A stretch of 6,799 nucleotides of DNA from Candidatus Iainarchaeum sp. (GTDB taxonomy: Archaea > Iainarchaeota > Iainarchaeia > Iainarchaeales > GCA-2688035): NCBI GenBank assembly GCA_028713935.1, contig JAQTNI010000053.1:1-6799 (forward strand), given 5' to 3'. Shown piece after piece: positions 4,273-6,799 of this stretch. The position numbers and the translations under genes were made by a program. The stretch's first letter is position 1, and each line of letters starts with the position of its first letter. A model generated the notes under the pieces. That model was not told where the DNA came from and ran no database searches. It saw nothing but the letters and a program-made list of their open reading frames with translations.

Positions 4273-5259
4273 ATGGAAAAAATGAGCGCAATAGAAGTTA
4301 TTTCCCTGACAAAAAAATTCGGTGCTTTCACTGCTGTTGACAGCATAAGCTTTTCAGTTGAAGAAGGCGAACTTTTTGGGTTTTTGGGGCCTAATGGCGC
4401 GGGAAAAAGCACCACTGCCTATATTCTCACAACTCTTCTAAAGCCTACGAGCGGCACAGCAAAAATCAATGGCATTGATATTCTGCAAAGCCCTGAAAAA
4501 GTGCGCAAAAGCATTGGAATTGTTTTTCAGGACCAGACTCTTGACAACAGGCTCAGTGCGTACGATAATCTCAACATTCATGGCATGCTTTACAACATGC
4601 CGGCTGCTGCAAGAAAAAAAAGGATAAAAGAAGTCCTTGAACTGGTTGAGCTTTCAGAATGGGAAAACAAGCTTGTAAAGACTTTTTCAGGGGGAATGAG
4701 AAGAAGGCTTGAAATTGCAAGGGGATTGCTGCATACGCCAAAAATTCTTTTTCTGGACGAGCCAACTTTGGGGCTTGATGCACATACAAGGCGCCATATG
4801 TGGACTTATATCAAAAAACTCAAGGAACAGGGAATTACAATTGTTTTGTCAACCCATTATCTTGAAGAAGCCGATGCCTTGTGTGACAGGATTGCAATCA
4901 TTGACCATGGAAAAATAATTGCCTTGGACACTCCGCAGAACCTCAAGAAACTTGTCGGAGGCCAGGTTTTGTCAATCAAAAGCCAGGATAATGAAAAAAT
5001 GCTTGGGCTCGTGAATAGTAAAAATCTTGGCGCCAATGCAAGAATTTTGAATGGGTCTGTTTCTTTTGAAGTTAAAAACGGGAGCGAAGCAATTCCAGGC
5101 ATAGTTAATGCGGCTGAAAAAGCAGGAATAAAAATTGAAAGCATTGAACTGCATGTTCCAAGCCTTGAGGATGTTTTTATCAAGCTTACTGGCGAACAAA
5201 TAAGGGAAGAAACTGCTGGCCAGTCTGATTTCAAAAGGGGGCTTGCACATGGCCATTGA
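4273..5259 (+). CDS. ABC transporter ATP-binding protein, ABC-2/DrrA-like exporter subfamily, 328 aa
   Basis: Motifs present: Walker A GPNGAGKST (nt 4387-4413), Q-loop VFQDQ, signature FSGGMRRRLEIA, Walker B ILFLDEPTLGLD, H-loop STHYLEEA. The C-terminal accessory domain ending ...PSLEDVFIKLTG is typical of DrrA-type ATPases. Confidence 0.95.
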   Translation: MEKMSAIEVISLTKKFGAFTAVDSISFSVEEGELFGFLGPNGAGKSTTAYILTTLLKPTSGTAKINGIDILQSPEKVRKSIGIVFQDQTLDNRLSAYDNLNIHGMLYNMPAAARKKRIKEVLELVELSEWENKLVKTFSGGMRRRLEIARGLLHTPKILFLDEPTLGLDAHTRRHMWTYIKKLKEQGITIVLSTHYLEEADALCDRIAIIDHGKIIALDTPQNLKKLVGGQVLSIKSQDNEKMLGLVNSKNLGANARILNGSVSFEVKNGSEAIPGIVNAAEKAGIKIESIELHVPSLEDVFIKLTGEQIREETAGQSDFKRGLAHGH

Positions 5260-5998
5260 ACTAATCAAGATTTATGCGGTGTGGTTCAGGGAAGTCAAAA
5301 GGTTTGCCAATTCCAAATCAAGAATTGTCGGCAGCCTTGCAATGCCATTGTTTTTTCTCATAGCGCTCGGAGGGGGAATTGGCGCCCTTGTGCCGGATTT
5401 TAATTACCCGACATTTATCCTGCCCGGAATAATTGGAATGACTATTTTGTTCAATTCAATTTTTTCCGGGGTTTCAATTATCTGGGACAGGGAACTCGGC
5501 TATTTGAAAGAGCTTTTGGTTGCACCAACCAGCAGGGCAACAATTGTAATTGGAAAAGCGCTTGGAGGCGCTACAACTTCTGTCCTGCAGGGCGCAGTAA
5601 TACTTGCCCTTGGAATAATTTTCGGCCTTGCAAGCCCTTCCCTGATTGGAGTGCTTCTTGCAATTTTTATAATGGTTATTTTTGCAACTCTTATTGTTTC
5701 AATCGGAATTATTTTTGCTTCAATAATCACTGAAATAGAAACATTCCAGCTAGTGGTAAACCTGATAATGATGCCATTGTTTTTCCTTTCAAACGCGCTT
5801 TTTCCAGTTGAAAAAATGCCCGAATGGCTGAAAACATTGAGCATGTTCAATCCCGTGAGTTACGGAGTTGATGCCCTGCGCACACTCATCAATGGAGCGG
5901 GCTCAAATCCCTTTGTGCTTGACATACTGATTCTCCTGGCAATATTAATAGTTGCATTAGGCCTTGCAGGCGCGCTGTTCAACAGGACAAGCATTTAA
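5249..5998 (+). CDS. ABC-2 type transporter permease (about six predicted TM helices), 249 aa from the ATG at 5249
   Basis: It starts with a short amphipathic segment followed by a run of hydrophobic segments, which is the usual ABC-2 permease layout. The ATG at 5249 overlaps the ATPase 3' end by 11 nt, suggesting translational coupling. The track start at 5243 is a TTG. Confidence 0.85.
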   Translation: MAIELIKIYAVWFREVKRFANSKSRIVGSLAMPLFFLIALGGGIGALVPDFNYPTFILPGIIGMTILFNSIFSGVSIIWDRELGYLKELLVAPTSRATIVIGKALGGATTSVLQGAVILALGIIFGLASPSLIGVLLAIFIMVIFATLIVSIGIIFASIITEIETFQLVVNLIMMPLFFLSNALFPVEKMPEWLKTLSMFNPVSYGVDALRTLINGAGSNPFVLDILILLAILIVALGLAGALFNRTSI

Positions 5999-5999
5999 T

Positions 6000-6799
6000 T
6001 TACTCATATCTCAATGCTTCCACTGGCTTTAATTGTGCAGCTGCCCTTGCAGGCATTACTCCTGAAACAACCCCTATTATTGTGGATAAGGCAATTGCAA
6101 TTATAACAAGCTGGGGGCTTACAAGAGTTTGAAGCCCGCTTGTGCCTCCGCCAAAACCAGGCAGACCGAATCCCAGGCCTATGCCGGACATTAATGCAGA
6201 GGCAATTGTTCCAAGAATAACTCCAATTATTCCTCCAACCAAGCCAAACAATCCCGATTCAATTATAAACAAGCGCAGAATTTCAAAGTTTGTCGAGCCA
6301 AGCGCTTTTAAAACACCGATTTCACGGGTTTTTTCAAGAACAGAAGTAAACATGCTGTTTGCAACTCCCACTGCTCCAACAATAAGGGAAATTGCTGCAA
6401 TTCCCCCCAAAAAAAGAGTCATTGTGTCTGCAACACTGCTTACCTGTTCCTGAATTGCTTTTGCAGAAGTAATAGTAAAGTCCTGTGTTCTTCCAGTGAC
6501 TTTCCTTGAAATTGATAGTGCAGAAGTCAGGTCAGCAGTTATCTGGTCAACATTGTCAGGATTATCAACTTTTGCCTGGATAGACGAAAAAACATCCCTG
6601 TTGACATCAACAATGCCCCAGGCAGAATTCTGGGTCATAAAAACAGTTGAATCACTGTTGCCTCCCCCCAAGCCGCTGCCAGAAGAAGCAAGAATGCCTA
6701 TCACAGTGAACGGCTTTGAATTGCCTGAAGAATCCTCAAGAGTAATTTTCCTGCCAAGAGTGATTGGCTCCTTGAACATTGTGTTTGCAATCCTGTTTT
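6000..6799 (-). CDS. MacB/FtsX-like ABC transporter permease, 5'-partial (frame open to the right window edge)
   Basis: The C-terminal FtsX domain reads ...ISLIVGAVGVANSMFTSVLEKTREIGVLKALGSTNFEILRLFIIESGLFGLVGG... and ends PARAAAQLKPVEALRYE. The preceding soluble region resembles the MacB extracytoplasmic domain. The codons upstream of the ATG at 6779 (NRIANT) carry no stop before the window ends. Confidence 0.9.
   Translation of the reverse strand, partial: NRIANTMFKEPITLGRKITLEDSSGNSKPFTVIGILASSGSGLGGGNSDSTVFMTQNSAWGIVDVNRDVFSSIQAKVDNPDNVDQITADLTSALSISRKVTGRTQDFTITSAKAIQEQVSSVADTMTLFLGGIAAISLIVGAVGVANSMFTSVLEKTREIGVLKALGSTNFEILRLFIIESGLFGLVGGIIGVILGTIASALMSGIGLGFGLPGFGGGTSGLQTLVSPQLVIIAIALSTIIGVVSGVMPARAAAQLKPVEALRYE

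Noticed and set aside
4857-5850. Minus-strand ORFs at 4857-5234, 4972-5268 and 5500-5850, opposite the ABC ATPase and permease
   Set aside because: These are shadow frames of strongly supported genes. They have no motifs and no plausible promoter or start context.
6142-6453. A 103-aa plus-strand ORF rich in Pro, Ile and Thr, inside the FtsX permease gene
   Set aside because: It is the antisense reading of Gly/Ile/Val-rich TM-helix codons (GGN/ATT mirrored to NCC/AAT). This is a compositional artefact.
1-6799. A search for CRISPR arrays, IS elements, rRNA genes or long tandem repeats
   Set aside because: I found no regularly spaced repeats of 24-40 nt, no transposase-like ORFs and no terminal inverted repeats. 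The many A and T homopolymer runs reflect Lys/Phe-rich coding and AT-rich spacers.

Overview
This is an AT-rich, gene-dense window that I read as archaeal. The evidence is a tRNA gene interrupted by a 39-nt intron at position 37/38 that folds into a bulge-helix-bulge splice motif. TATA-box-like elements also sit about 25-35 nt upstream of several start codons, some implying leaderless mRNAs. A small-genome uncultivated (DPANN-like) lineage is only a guess from composition.

Gene content, left to right:
- a partial Lys/Glu-rich coiled-coil ORF (+);
- a same-strand minus run: intron-containing tRNA-Leu(GAG), then a small metal-binding cupin, a Fic-domain enzyme, and a flavodoxin-like protein;
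- a lipobox-bearing (predicted extracytoplasmic) SlyD-like FKBP prolyl isomerase (-), divergent from a 15-Cys lipobox protein of unknown function (+);
- an ABC-2 (DrrAB-like) exporter ATPase and permease with overlapping reading frames (+);
- a convergent, 5'-truncated MacB/FtsX-type permease (-).

I found no CRISPR array, transposase, integrase or rRNA.

The features I rate most worth follow-up are:
- the orphan Fic enzyme, which has both an intact catalytic loop and an intact in-cis inhibitory motif;
- an array of GGTGAT-containing palindromes, each followed by a T-run, directly upstream of the Fic gene;
- the divergent pair of a lipoprotein folding catalyst and a Cys-rich lipoprotein next to two exporter families;
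- an in-frame second HxKTGN motif upstream of the flavodoxin start, linked to the Fic stop by a GTGA overlap.

All functional calls come from motif recognition by eye. No database search was run.
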